Shown here piece after piece: positions 26,401 through 33,230 of a stretch of 64,000 nt of DNA (position 1 is its first letter; the number at the start of each line of letters is the position of its first letter). Source of the stretch: Candidatus Woesearchaeota archaeon (GTDB lineage: Archaea > Nanobdellota > Nanobdellia > Woesearchaeales > ARS49); NCBI GenBank assembly GCA_038891615.1, contig JAWADY010000002.1, positions 140,416-204,415 on the forward strand, in the 5' to 3' direction. The position numbers and the translations under genes are program-made. The notes below the pieces were generated by a model, which had not been told where the DNA came from, did no database searches, and worked only from the letters and a program-made list of their open reading frames with translations.

Positions 26401-26566
26401 AAGGGTAAGATTTGCTAAAGAACCTAGCCACTTGCTCCTTGAACTCATAAAATCAAGACTGCATGCTGGCTTGAGTGATAAGAAAATCTTTGAGGAGCTA
26501 GGGCAGTTCTGGCCCAAATCAGAAATTATAGAGGCGCTCAAGCTCGTAAAAACCCGAATGCGCTAA
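20441..26566 (+). CDS. giant surface protein: I9 propeptide + subtilisin (S8) protease + N-glycosylation-sequon-rich beta-helix/Ig-like array + C-terminal TM anchor
   Basis: Catalytic triad blocks 'CIVDTGIDYTHPDL', 'HGTHVAGIAA', 'SGTSMATPHVAGTAAL'. About 1500 aa follow that are dense in N-x-S/T. Three C-terminal TM helices. GTG start; a TATA box lies at 20402-20409. Confidence 0.85.
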   Translation: MVVLLKRGELGSLFAILLIAATLLFVSKNPLMASKTNSSKQQSFESGLTSAAVSEQSIGLAEVEPEVIQAIQAEGKARVIVLFKDQNSRDTRNRFFTAQEIISTLDAAEFQPRHRFSSIPGFSGNISMAGLQKLRNNPAIQRIVLDLPVYALLQNTVPLINASAVHGIQIGGQNITGQGQTICIVDTGIDYTHPDLGGCFGAGCKVVAGYDFVNDDSDPMDDNGHGTHVAGIAAANGTIRGVAPGARLVAMKALNSIGGGSASDIVASIDWCKNNATLFNITVISLSLGGGAFDTPCDSQPEAAAANAAVAAGLFVAAASGNSGSSTYITSPACASNVTAVAASTNSDSMAQFSQTNSLVDLVAPGVGVNSTRLGGGYLINSGTSMATPHVAGTAALMQQYQRLQSGTNLTPSEVTQILQREAGAKVTDNDNGLTFSRIDALKAANALLVINQTANKVERPGAGSVVFDSPTDLSGASAAFVIGNNTVFLNSSAFPKFNKSATIQLLNLLFQKTPVVFKDGTLCQTPLCNITSYSSGTLAFHVAGFTNYSAGANANLVVWDEGDSGQPFFEGQPRAGNPISFFANYTNRSSGAVIPSASCNITYPDGSSAMSFNSTKQVFEHTRIFDTSQFFSYPVTCADPAFEPLTATDSIQILSNSSGCTYPGPNINWTIETDSTVICANETILLINQSINVLDNATFMLDSSELTLNVTQNNIFNIGVAPNATIVVINSLIRSLDSSVKFRLDIFGYGNITNSLITNGTQTYLGGNKSHYITNSIFGDQVRVYENSNNFFTNVTFAAPIPPSIIFYDLSNNTLQNISVYGEAQFRNNSINLIRDSNFTNETRFIQNTTSRIANSSFKVVRLANSPILNFTNLSTITNEIMVLTLATPLLDGFVDMPNSIVLPLGAVINRFLPIQVLVNGTNITLSGRSVNITNTTSGTLVNNGSTDANGFVYLNATFTNTSFGIGNFTVATNPSQPLGLLTDTPIILQVSDTNLPNISLTSPPNNSLFASGILIELKYIANDTTSELANCSLILNSVLNQTHTSPQENTEQTFIVNLGEGTHSWRVECTDSSAQANVGSSETRILTVDGTPPSVFDPKPAPNSTFKIGTTIEVAVNATDNVAVDTVYANITLPNGTLQQLILALATGSKYNNSFTIPALTGLYNITYFANDTSGNANTTTTTNFTATNQAPSITLYFPLNNTQFNNTQTVTFNFSAIDDLNTTLSCGIYLDNILNQTNSTTQNNTVTEFAIEGISFGSHTWFINCTDGSLSNASETRTFIIADTQAPGWSNNKAFPTSPATYSPAQSYQFNITWTDNTGLSTVLFEHNFTGVAANFSPTGFTGNTTNREYFYNYGPLAAGNYYWKSHANDTSDNTNSTATFSYTVNKATPTLNINLQPGSSVTYGTTTNASCTASTPQITPQLFRNGTLVSNPDVGVLAAGSYNYTCTATETQNYTAPTPQQAILTINKAASEVNLTLNGQDANITIERKGTVNKTASIIVPNSGFVSLYENGTFIGGAQNVVSNTTAYTSVGLFNITARYNGSQNYSESSETHLITVQDTIPPGGVLNLTNTSMSGAWVYWSWVNPVDDDLSHTEVWVDGVFKINMSANTTSGYNATGLSAGANHTIATRTADIYGNINMSWVNHTVWIESDTIPPSVFDPKPAPNSSQTYGSTIEIAVNVTDNFAVDVVKAKITKPDGSLQTITLSNLFGSKYNSSYVLDQTGNYSVQFIANDTSGNVNDSVTTNFNSSQSESIGRGGGSRKRDTTPPRLAFIEPPTPKHGVVIEIGDLAELEFRLNITDSSKIVKAALVLNNENYQLEYLGETLWSSKLRLKPGYYVYQAFADDAAGNRGWSERRTLQLIEHIEQPVPSLPTPVKEVPAAVAWPNKTISPAIIPSKNICPTLELFVLVVLLLTILLEVTRLLVILHAQKYKHDEIKWLRIVVIVLAVLTAFLLLIHYLVCKQLLLLPLLGLALVAVSELWARVRFAKEPSHLLLELIKSRLHAGLSDKKIFEELGQFWPKSEIIEALKLVKTRMR
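23711..24000 (+). repeat. internal domain duplication, copy A (DGTPPSVFDPKPAPNS..ANDTSGNANTTTTTNF)
   Basis: About 95-aa module, clearly similar at the protein level and partly at the DNA level to copy B. Confidence 0.75.
25406..25695 (+). repeat. internal domain duplication, copy B (DTIPPSVFDPKPAPNS..ANDTSGNVNDSVTTNF)
   Basis: Shares 'PPSVFDPKPAPNS', 'IE.AVN.TDN.AVD.V.A.IT.P.G.LQ', 'GSKYN.S' and 'ANDTSGN' with copy A. Confidence 0.75.
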
Positions 26567-26622
26567 CCAAAAACTTGATAGCTTTTAGTGAATTGGTAGT
26601 GTTGGCAAGCAATGGCGCTAGC

Positions 26623-26630
26623 TTTATATA
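26623..26630 (+). promoter_or_regulatory. TATA box candidate (TTTATATA) for smc
   Basis: Lies 28 nt upstream of the TTG at 26658. Confidence 0.45.
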
Positions 26631-26657
26631 CCAACAAAAGCCTTTTTCAAATGCCAA

Positions 26658-29600
26658 TTGCAAGGCACGGCTTCAAAGGAGGAGATAGACTTGGTTGAGT
26701 CGCAAGATATAGGTAAAGATGCACAAAGAAGTCATGCAAGTACAGCCACCGCACTTCAGCTTCAGCGCAACAGACCAAAGGCAACAAGAATAACAAAACT
26801 TGTCCTTGATGGTTTCAAGTCTTTTGGCAAGCGAACAGAGCTGCTCTTTGACGAAGGTTTCAATGTCATTGTTGGACCGAATGGTTCAGGTAAAAGCAAT
26901 GTTACAGAAGCCATCTGTTTTGTTCTTGGCAGGAGTTCTGCAAAGTCTTTAAGAGCTGAGCGAGCTTCAAGCTTTATCTATAATGGGGGAAAAACAAAGC
27001 AACCTGCGAAGCAGGCAGAAGTGAGCCTTTTCTTCGACAACAGCTCAAAGGTTTTCCCTGTTAATGAGGATGAAGTGAAGATAACAAGAATTGTTGGTCA
27101 AGATGGTCAATCAAAGTATAAGATAAACGGGAAGACGAGGACGAGGCAGGAGTTGCTAGAGCTGCTTGCAGCTGCAAAAATAGACCCCAATGGCTATAAT
27201 CTCATTTTGCAGGGAGATATTGTGCGTTTTGTTGAGATGTCACCAATCGAGCGCAGGCAGTTGGTTGAAGACATTGCTGGCATAGGTATCTACGAAGAGA
27301 AAAAGGCACAGGCACTCAATGAGCTTGCAAAGGTTGAGGAAAAGCTTGGGCATGCAGAAATAATACTTAAAGAACGCGATGCCCAGCTAAAAGAGTTAAA
27401 GAAAGATAGGGACCAAGCGCTTAGGTACAAAAGCCTTAGTGACAAAATAAAGCAAAACAAAGCAACTTTTGTAAAAAAACTGCTTGATGCAAAACAGGCA
27501 GAAGCTGATAAGCTGACAAGCATCAGCTCAGGCTTAAAAGAAAAGCTTGAGAGATTGAACATTCAGATATCAAAGATTAGAAATGAGCTTTCTGAAAAGA
27601 AGGCACGCATTTCACAAATAAACCTCCAGCTCGAGCAAAAGGGCGAGGGTGAACAGGCTGGCTTGCGAAAGGAGATAGAAAGGCTAAAGGTCGAGCTTGC
27701 AGAAGTGCGCACAAAAATAACCTCTTTATCAGAGGAGCTTGCACGGATGTCTCAGAGGAAAGCCCAGCTTGAGCAGAGTGCCGAGTCTCGCACAAAAAAG
27801 ATTGCCGAACTTGAAGAAGAAAAAAAGGAACTACTTGAAAGAAAAGCAGTAATTGCGCAGGACCTTGATACTGTAAACAGAAACATCATCGATTTCAAAA
27901 AGAAGAATGAGCTTCCAGAAGACATTGAAGAGGTTGAGACAAAAATAGCCACCATCGATCGAGCAGCAGAGATTGTACAATCAGAATGTCAAAAGCTTGT
28001 CGAAAGGCAACAGGCGTTGCTGAGAGAAAAGGACAAGCTCGACTTCCAGCTTCAAACAATCAACAGCCAAATTGCTAAGTTTTCAGAGCTTGCCAATGCT
28101 CATAAGGCGGAGCTCGAAGCACTAAACGCAAAAAAGGAAGAATTCAAGAGGCTCGTGCTCGAGCTTAATAAGCTGCTGAACGAAGACTCTCAACTTGCTA
28201 GTCAAATTGTCCATCTTCGTTCAGAGCTTATTAAAGCACGAGAGGAGTTTGAAAAGATTAGGATAAGGAGTATTGCAGCACAGGAAGAAAGCTCACCTGC
28301 AGCTGTCAAAGCAATCCTGAAAGAGAAGGAGGCGTTTGGAAAGGTTTTTGGCACAATTGCGGAATTGGGAGAGGTCGACTCTAGTTATGCTCTCGCACTT
28401 GAAACAGTCGCCGGCTCTAAGCTAAATAGCATTGTCGTTGATAACGAAAGAACAGCCGCAAATTGTATAAAATTTCTCAAAGATAAAAAGCTTGGAACAG
28501 CAAGCTTTCTTCCACTAAATAAAATTAAGAATATAAAACATGATGAAGGTATAAAGAAGCTGCTAGGTGCAAAAGGGGTTCATGGCCTTGCGATTGACCT
28601 CATCTCCTTTGACCCGGCTTACAAGGCAGCATTTAGCTATGTCTTTGGGAACACAATCGTTGTGGATGACATCGAGACTGCGCGCAGACTTGGGATTGGT
28701 TCTGCAAGAATGGTTACACTTGATGGTGATCTTTGTGAAAGTTCTGGAGTGATGATTGGTGGTTTTGCCCAAAGAAAAGGTGCATTCACAGAAAAAAGGC
28801 TCACAGAAGAGCTTGCCAGAAAGGAGAGAATTGTTGCAGAGCTCACAGAAAGGCTTGAGCTGGCTGAAAAAGCCCGACAAGCTAAAGAGGCTGAAATCTC
28901 CAGGCTTCGTGAGAAAAAAGCAATGCTTGAGGGAGAAATAATAAAGGGCGAGAAAAGCCTTCATTTTCAGTCTCTTGACATTGAAACATCGACAACTTAC
29001 AAAGAAGAACTTAAGCTAAAGCTTGAGGAACTTTCCAAGGAGCTAGCTTCAGTCGAAAACGCGCTTTCTGAAAAGACCTCTGAACTGACAAAGCTAAAGG
29101 TCGAAAAACAAAAGTTCAGAAACAAGATAGCTGAACTCAAAAACCCAGCAATCGTTGCACAGTTGAACGCCTTTGAGTTGAAGCGGAGGTCTCTACTTGA
29201 AGAAATGGCAGGTTTAGAAGCAAGGTTTGCTGCACTCGAGGCTACACTTGCCGAACTGTTCTCTTCGGATGCTGAAAAGAGTTCTGCCTTGCTCAAGGCA
29301 ATGGATTCTGAAATGTCTGAGATGACCTTGCAAATATCAAGCCTGAAAGCAAGGATGGAAAGGTTAACCGAAGAACTCAAGGCAAAAGAAAGCGCACAGG
29401 CGAGCTTGCAATCAAGCCTCAAGGAGCTTTTTGATGAACGGAACAAGCTTAGTAGTGAGGTTATTACTGGAGAGAACGCTCAGCTCGAAATAGAGGAGGT
29501 AAGAAGAAAGCTCGAGATAGAACTTAACACAATTTCTATCGAAGAAGCAAGAATTGTTGCAGAGCTAAACAACCTTCAAGCAGAATTTAGCCAATATGTT

Positions 29601-30269
29601 GGGGTTGAGCTTCTTCCTGAAAAATCAGAAGAAGAGTTGAAGAAGGAAATAGCAGAGTTTGAACGAATGGTTTCAGAAATAGGTCCAATAAATATGAGAG
29701 CGCTTGACATCTATGAACTTGCTGAGAAGGAATATCAGGTACTCGTAGAAAAGAAAAAAACACTTGTTGCCGAAAAGGAAGAGGTTTTAAGGCTGATGAA
29801 CGAGATTGAGCAAAACAAAACAGACCTTTTTATGAATACCTTCAAAGCTATTGAAGAAAATTTCTCTCAAAACTTTGCCGCTCTTACAAGCAAAGGAGAG
29901 GCTCATCTTGTGCTTGAGATGCCAGACAAGCCTTTTGAGGGAGGAATCGACATAGAAGTAAAACTCACTGGAACAAAATTTCTTGACTTAAGAAGTCTAT
30001 CGGGTGGCGAAAAGACTTTAACTGCACTTGCGCTGATATTTGCGATTCAAGAGCACGAACCAGCAAGCTTCTATGTTCTTGATGAGGTCGATGCGGCTCT
30101 TGACAGGCACAATTCAGAGAAGCTTGCACAACTGATTAAGAAATATTCAAAGAATGCGCAGTATCTCATGATTTCACATAACGATGCCATCATAAGCGAG
30201 GCTTCAACGCTTTATGGCGTCAGCATGGACGAGCACGGCATTAGTCAAGTTGTTGGAATTAAGATTTGA
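26658..30269 (+). CDS. smc: chromosome segregation protein SMC
   Basis: Walker A 'GPNGSGKSN', long coiled coils, a hinge ('GTIAELGEV..'), signature 'LSGGEKTLTALAL', and Walker B 'FYVLDEVDAALD'. No ATG lies upstream of the head domain, so the TTG start and the roughly 45-aa N-terminal extension are uncertain. Confidence 0.95.
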   Translation: MQGTASKEEIDLVESQDIGKDAQRSHASTATALQLQRNRPKATRITKLVLDGFKSFGKRTELLFDEGFNVIVGPNGSGKSNVTEAICFVLGRSSAKSLRAERASSFIYNGGKTKQPAKQAEVSLFFDNSSKVFPVNEDEVKITRIVGQDGQSKYKINGKTRTRQELLELLAAAKIDPNGYNLILQGDIVRFVEMSPIERRQLVEDIAGIGIYEEKKAQALNELAKVEEKLGHAEIILKERDAQLKELKKDRDQALRYKSLSDKIKQNKATFVKKLLDAKQAEADKLTSISSGLKEKLERLNIQISKIRNELSEKKARISQINLQLEQKGEGEQAGLRKEIERLKVELAEVRTKITSLSEELARMSQRKAQLEQSAESRTKKIAELEEEKKELLERKAVIAQDLDTVNRNIIDFKKKNELPEDIEEVETKIATIDRAAEIVQSECQKLVERQQALLREKDKLDFQLQTINSQIAKFSELANAHKAELEALNAKKEEFKRLVLELNKLLNEDSQLASQIVHLRSELIKAREEFEKIRIRSIAAQEESSPAAVKAILKEKEAFGKVFGTIAELGEVDSSYALALETVAGSKLNSIVVDNERTAANCIKFLKDKKLGTASFLPLNKIKNIKHDEGIKKLLGAKGVHGLAIDLISFDPAYKAAFSYVFGNTIVVDDIETARRLGIGSARMVTLDGDLCESSGVMIGGFAQRKGAFTEKRLTEELARKERIVAELTERLELAEKARQAKEAEISRLREKKAMLEGEIIKGEKSLHFQSLDIETSTTYKEELKLKLEELSKELASVENALSEKTSELTKLKVEKQKFRNKIAELKNPAIVAQLNAFELKRRSLLEEMAGLEARFAALEATLAELFSSDAEKSSALLKAMDSEMSEMTLQISSLKARMERLTEELKAKESAQASLQSSLKELFDERNKLSSEVITGENAQLEIEEVRRKLEIELNTISIEEARIVAELNNLQAEFSQYVGVELLPEKSEEELKKEIAEFERMVSEIGPINMRALDIYELAEKEYQVLVEKKKTLVAEKEEVLRLMNEIEQNKTDLFMNTFKAIEENFSQNFAALTSKGEAHLVLEMPDKPFEGGIDIEVKLTGTKFLDLRSLSGGEKTLTALALIFAIQEHEPASFYVLDEVDAALDRHNSEKLAQLIKKYSKNAQYLMISHNDAIISEASTLYGVSMDEHGISQVVGIKI

Positions 30270-30296
30270 GTCAAACTGTAGCAGTTCATGCTTCCC

Positions 30297-30306
30297 TTTT
30301 TGTTTT
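30297..30306 (+). terminator. oligo-T tract (TTTTTGTTTT) downstream of smc
   Basis: Lies 28 nt after the stop codon. Confidence 0.35.
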
Positions 30307-30350
30307 GAAAGCTTGTTCGTTTAACGCGTTGCAGCCCTCTGTTTGAAGAA

Positions 30351-30421
30351 TGCGCCGGCCGAGATTCGAACTCGGACAGTCAGCTTGGAAGGCTGATGTC
30401 ATGCCATTAGACCACCGGCGC
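30351..30421 (-). tRNA. tRNA-Gly (anticodon UCC), intronless
   Basis: Minus strand. Acceptor GCGCCGG/CCGGCGC, anticodon stem TCAGC/GCTGA with loop CTTCCAA, T-arm CCGAG-TTCGAAT-CTCGG, discriminator A. Confidence 0.9.
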
Positions 30422-30446
30422 ACAGTTCAAGAACCATCTTCTAAGC

Positions 30447-30453
30447 TTATAAA
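30447..30453. promoter_or_regulatory. palindromic TATA box (AGCTTATAAATTT) upstream of tRNA-Gly, possibly also firing rightward
   Basis: Lies 26 nt from the tRNA 5' end at 30421 and about 20-24 nt from the start of the 30473 hairpin element. Confidence 0.5.
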
Positions 30454-30472
30454 TTTAACTTACAAAATTAAA

Positions 30473-30575
30473 GCAGCCACAAAAAATTTGAAAAATTCAT
30501 TATAAGCAATCCTTTAACTAAATAACGAGCCTTTATTCTCGTATTTTATTCGCTATTGTGGCTGCTCTGTTTTTT
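30473..30575 (+). ncRNA. candidate small structured RNA (or bidirectional terminator hairpin)
   Basis: A perfect 10-bp inverted repeat, GCAGCCACAA (30473-30482) / TTGTGGCTGC (30556-30565), encloses an inner ACGAG/CTCGT hairpin and is followed by T6. It lies downstream of a TATA box. Confidence 0.3.
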
Positions 30576-30655
30576 CTTGCGGCCATGCGTCCAAATCTCC
30601 TCCACAAGCCACGCCTACTAAACCCCAACAGGAAAAATAGTGCCGAGCTAAAAAC

Positions 30656-31699
30656 TCAAACTCCAAGTTCTGCTCTTAAATTCTCAATAAACCTTTTAAA
30701 ATTGTGGGATTTTATAACACCACCACAGGCAAATTCGTGTCCACCACCATATCCTTCGATGCCTACAAGTGCTGTTTCAAGCGCTTTTAAAAGGTTTCCC
30801 CTGGAATAGCGGAATGAACACTTCATCTCATCGCCTTTTTCCCTGCAAACAATGACTAGCTTTTCTGGAAAGCGGTAGGCAAGCTCGTTTGCAAGGTCTT
30901 TTGTCAGGCTTATCTTTTCTTTTGAATAAGAAAACAATAGAAATTTCTCTTCCTTGTTTTTCTTTTCTTCTCTAAGTGCATCTCTCAACAAGCTTTCATA
31001 GACCTGGTTAACTTGCTGATACTTCTTCCAAATGAGCTTTCCAGCAGGGCTTTCCTGTTTGAGTATTTCATCTGGGTGCGCAAGCCTAGTAAACACCTTT
31101 ATTGAGGTGTTAACATCCTGCGAGCTTCCCTTTAGATTAAATGAGAGAACCTTTGCAAGCACCCCAACAGGGCTGTTAAAAAGAGCTTCCTCTGGATTTT
31201 TTATTTCCTTAGGGAGTAGGCTAGGATACTCCTTTCTAAAGCTGCTCACAAGGCCATTTTCAGGCAGATACCAATCGCTGATGGTGCCTGCAAGGGCTAT
31301 CCAGCTGTCCTTTTGGCTAACCTGCCAACATAGATAAGATGTTGGCGTCGGACTTGCGCCTCTTGTTTTGGGATTAAAATATGCAACCCTCTCACGCAAA
31401 AGCGGAGGGTGATGATCTATCCAGACAACCGGCATCTTCACCGCATCAATAAATTCCTGCTCAACGATTGCAATGTCAAGCACAAAAACCTTGTCAGCTA
31501 CATATTCAAGCGCCTTCTGAGCGAACTGAATGCCAAGCTTTGGAGTTGCCTTAACAACAAATCCTTTACCTTCCCTTATCATTCGATACAGCAAAAGAAA
31601 GCTCGCAAAGCCGTCAGGGTCGTCATTAAAAAAGAATATCGGCCTCTGTGTTGTTGCAAGCTCTTCCCTAAGTCGGCGCACTTCCTTTTCTGTCAGCAT
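30656..31699 (-). CDS. DHH/DHHA1-family phosphoesterase (NrnA/RecJ-like)
   Basis: 'FFFNDDPDGFAS', 'VVWIDHHPP' and the DHHA1 motif 'GGGHEFACGG'. Confidence 0.75.
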   Translation of the reverse strand: MLTEKEVRRLREELATTQRPIFFFNDDPDGFASFLLLYRMIREGKGFVVKATPKLGIQFAQKALEYVADKVFVLDIAIVEQEFIDAVKMPVVWIDHHPPLLRERVAYFNPKTRGASPTPTSYLCWQVSQKDSWIALAGTISDWYLPENGLVSSFRKEYPSLLPKEIKNPEEALFNSPVGVLAKVLSFNLKGSSQDVNTSIKVFTRLAHPDEILKQESPAGKLIWKKYQQVNQVYESLLRDALREEKKNKEEKFLLFSYSKEKISLTKDLANELAYRFPEKLVIVCREKGDEMKCSFRYSRGNLLKALETALVGIEGYGGGHEFACGGVIKSHNFKRFIENLRAELGV

Positions 31700-31738
31700 T
31701 TTATTTTTTAAATTTTAATGCCAGCAATTTTGTGTCTT

Positions 31739-32200
31739 TTAAATGAATTTAGTTATTTTCTTCAACTCTTTCTCAAAGAACGCTCTTTTTTTCTTATCCC
31801 TCATAGCTGCTGCGGGATGATAGGTTTCTATTTTTGGAAGGTCTAGCTCGGCTAGAGCCCTTTGAGCGGTCTTTCCCAGTAGGCAAATGACTTTTGGTTT
31901 TATCAACTTTATCTCCTTTCTAAGCAAAGGTAGGCAAGCTTTTATCTCTTGACTTTTTGGGGCTCTGTCTTTAACCTTCCCATTAATTGTACGAGTTGGT
32001 CTAAACTTTACAACATTTGTTATGTAAATTTTTTTTCTATCAATACCAAACTTTGAAAGTGTTTTCATCAAAAACCTTCCAGCCCTACCAACAAAAGGTT
32101 TCTTTGCAATCACTTCTTCTTTTCCAGGGGCCTCCCCAATCAGCATAACTGCTGCTCTTCTAGGACCCTCTCCAGGAACTTCAACCTTACATTTAGGCAT
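31739..32200 (-). CDS. uracil-DNA glycosylase superfamily protein (family 4/5-like, short)
   Basis: 'MLIGEAPGKEE', 'PFVGRAGRFL', 'HPAAAMR'. At 153 aa it is shorter than typical family 4 enzymes. Confidence 0.7.
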   Translation of the reverse strand: MPKCKVEVPGEGPRRAAVMLIGEAPGKEEVIAKKPFVGRAGRFLMKTLSKFGIDRKKIYITNVVKFRPTRTINGKVKDRAPKSQEIKACLPLLRKEIKLIKPKVICLLGKTAQRALAELDLPKIETYHPAAAMRDKKKRAFFEKELKKITKFI

Positions 32201-32222
32201 TGCGTATTAACTCAGCCGTTAT

Positions 32223-32232
32223 CTTTTTAAAC
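32223..32232. promoter_or_regulatory. shared A/T box (CTTTTTAAAC) between the divergent UDG gene and a small Cys-rich gene
   Basis: Lies 23 nt from the ATG at 32200 (minus) and 22 nt from the ATG at 32254 (plus). Confidence 0.5.
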
Positions 32233-32253
32233 CTTGCTGGCCTAGTGGCTAGT

Positions 32254-32436
32254 ATGGGCATCTGTGAGAACTGCCACAACTGGAAAGTCTTTAAGGAGCG
32301 TTGTTGGTTTTATTGGAAAGGAAAGACCACATGTTCGCAGCACAAAAAGAGTTGGGATTCAGAACCTTCTTTTATAACAGAAGAGCCAGAGGTTGAATCA
32401 GAAATAAAGAAATTGCATTTTGTAGCAAATTTTTAA
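32254..32436 (+). CDS. small Cys/Trp-rich protein (60 aa)
   Basis: MGICENCHNWKVFKERCWFYWKGKTTCSQHKK.. followed by an acidic tail. Start chosen on TATA spacing; the track ORF starts at 32200. Confidence 0.45.
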   Translation: MGICENCHNWKVFKERCWFYWKGKTTCSQHKKSWDSEPSFITEEPEVESEIKKLHFVANF

Positions 32437-32521
32437 CTTCTGTTTTTAGTGCTCATGCGAGTTAGGCTCCTCTTTTTGAAACAAATGACAAAGTATTTAG
32501 CATTTGTTCTTTTGGACTTAT

Positions 32522-33175
32522 TCACACTTCTCTTACCTCTGCGCCAGCCATCGCCTTCGCAATGAGCCTTTTTATGTTGAGCCCCTTTTCAAGCCTTTCG
32601 ACATCCTCAAGCCGCGCCCTTGTCACTGGTTGCCTGCCAATGATGAAAGAACAACAATCAAGATAAGGCAAAATGCTTACCTCATAGCTTCCAAGGGCTT
32701 TTGCTTCTTTAACAATCTCTTCCTTGTCCATTCCAAGCAAAGGCGTGAGAACTGGAAGGCTCGAGACTTGGTAAATCACCCTTGTGTTGTCAAGGGTTTG
32801 AGAAGCAACCTGTCCAAGACTATCCCCAGTGAGAATGGCCTGTGCCCTCTCCTTTTTTGCAATCTCATTTGAGATTCTTAACATAAGCCTCTTGTAAATA
32901 ATCATTCTATAATCCGCAGGAACAGCCTTAATTACCTCAAGCTGCGTCTCTCTAAAAGGAATTAGATAGAGCTTAAGTTTTCCCTTTTGCCTTCCTTTCG
33001 AAATTATTTCAGCTAGCTTTACAATTTTTGAGTCGATTCTATCAGGAACATTATAAAAATGTGCAAGTGAAACATCAACCCCCTTTGCCATTGCTCGCAT
33101 TGCAGCAACAGGACTGTCTATCCCTCCGCTCAAAAGTGCCACAATCTTTTTTATTTTCATCATCTCAAAGTTCAC
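32522..33175 (-). CDS. ThiI-like PP-loop ATPase domain protein (no THUMP or rhodanese domains)
   Basis: PP-loop 'LLSGGIDSPVAA', 'TGDSLGQVASQT', 'PLLGMDKEEI', 'DCCSF'. Only 217 aa. GTG start at 33175, or ATG at 33163. Confidence 0.7.
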   Translation of the reverse strand: MNFEMMKIKKIVALLSGGIDSPVAAMRAMAKGVDVSLAHFYNVPDRIDSKIVKLAEIISKGRQKGKLKLYLIPFRETQLEVIKAVPADYRMIIYKRLMLRISNEIAKKERAQAILTGDSLGQVASQTLDNTRVIYQVSSLPVLTPLLGMDKEEIVKEAKALGSYEVSILPYLDCCSFIIGRQPVTRARLEDVERLEKGLNIKRLIAKAMAGAEVREV

Positions 33176-33200
33176 GCTTTGACTCTTTTTAGACGAAAGC

Positions 33201-33210
33201 TTTATTTATA
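33201..33210. promoter_or_regulatory. shared A/T box (TTTATTTATA) between the ThiI-like gene and 33231..33965
   Basis: Lies 26 nt from 33175 (minus) and 21 nt from the ATG at 33231 (plus). Confidence 0.45.
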
Positions 33211-33230
33211 GCTTTTGCTAAAATTTCCTC

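Noticed and set aside
27290-29446. Ser/Phe-rich antisense ORFs inside smc (for example 27290..27562 and 28997..29446)
   Set aside because: They are antisense to the Glu/Lys/Leu-rich coiled-coil codons. This is typical shadow-ORF composition with no promoter signals.
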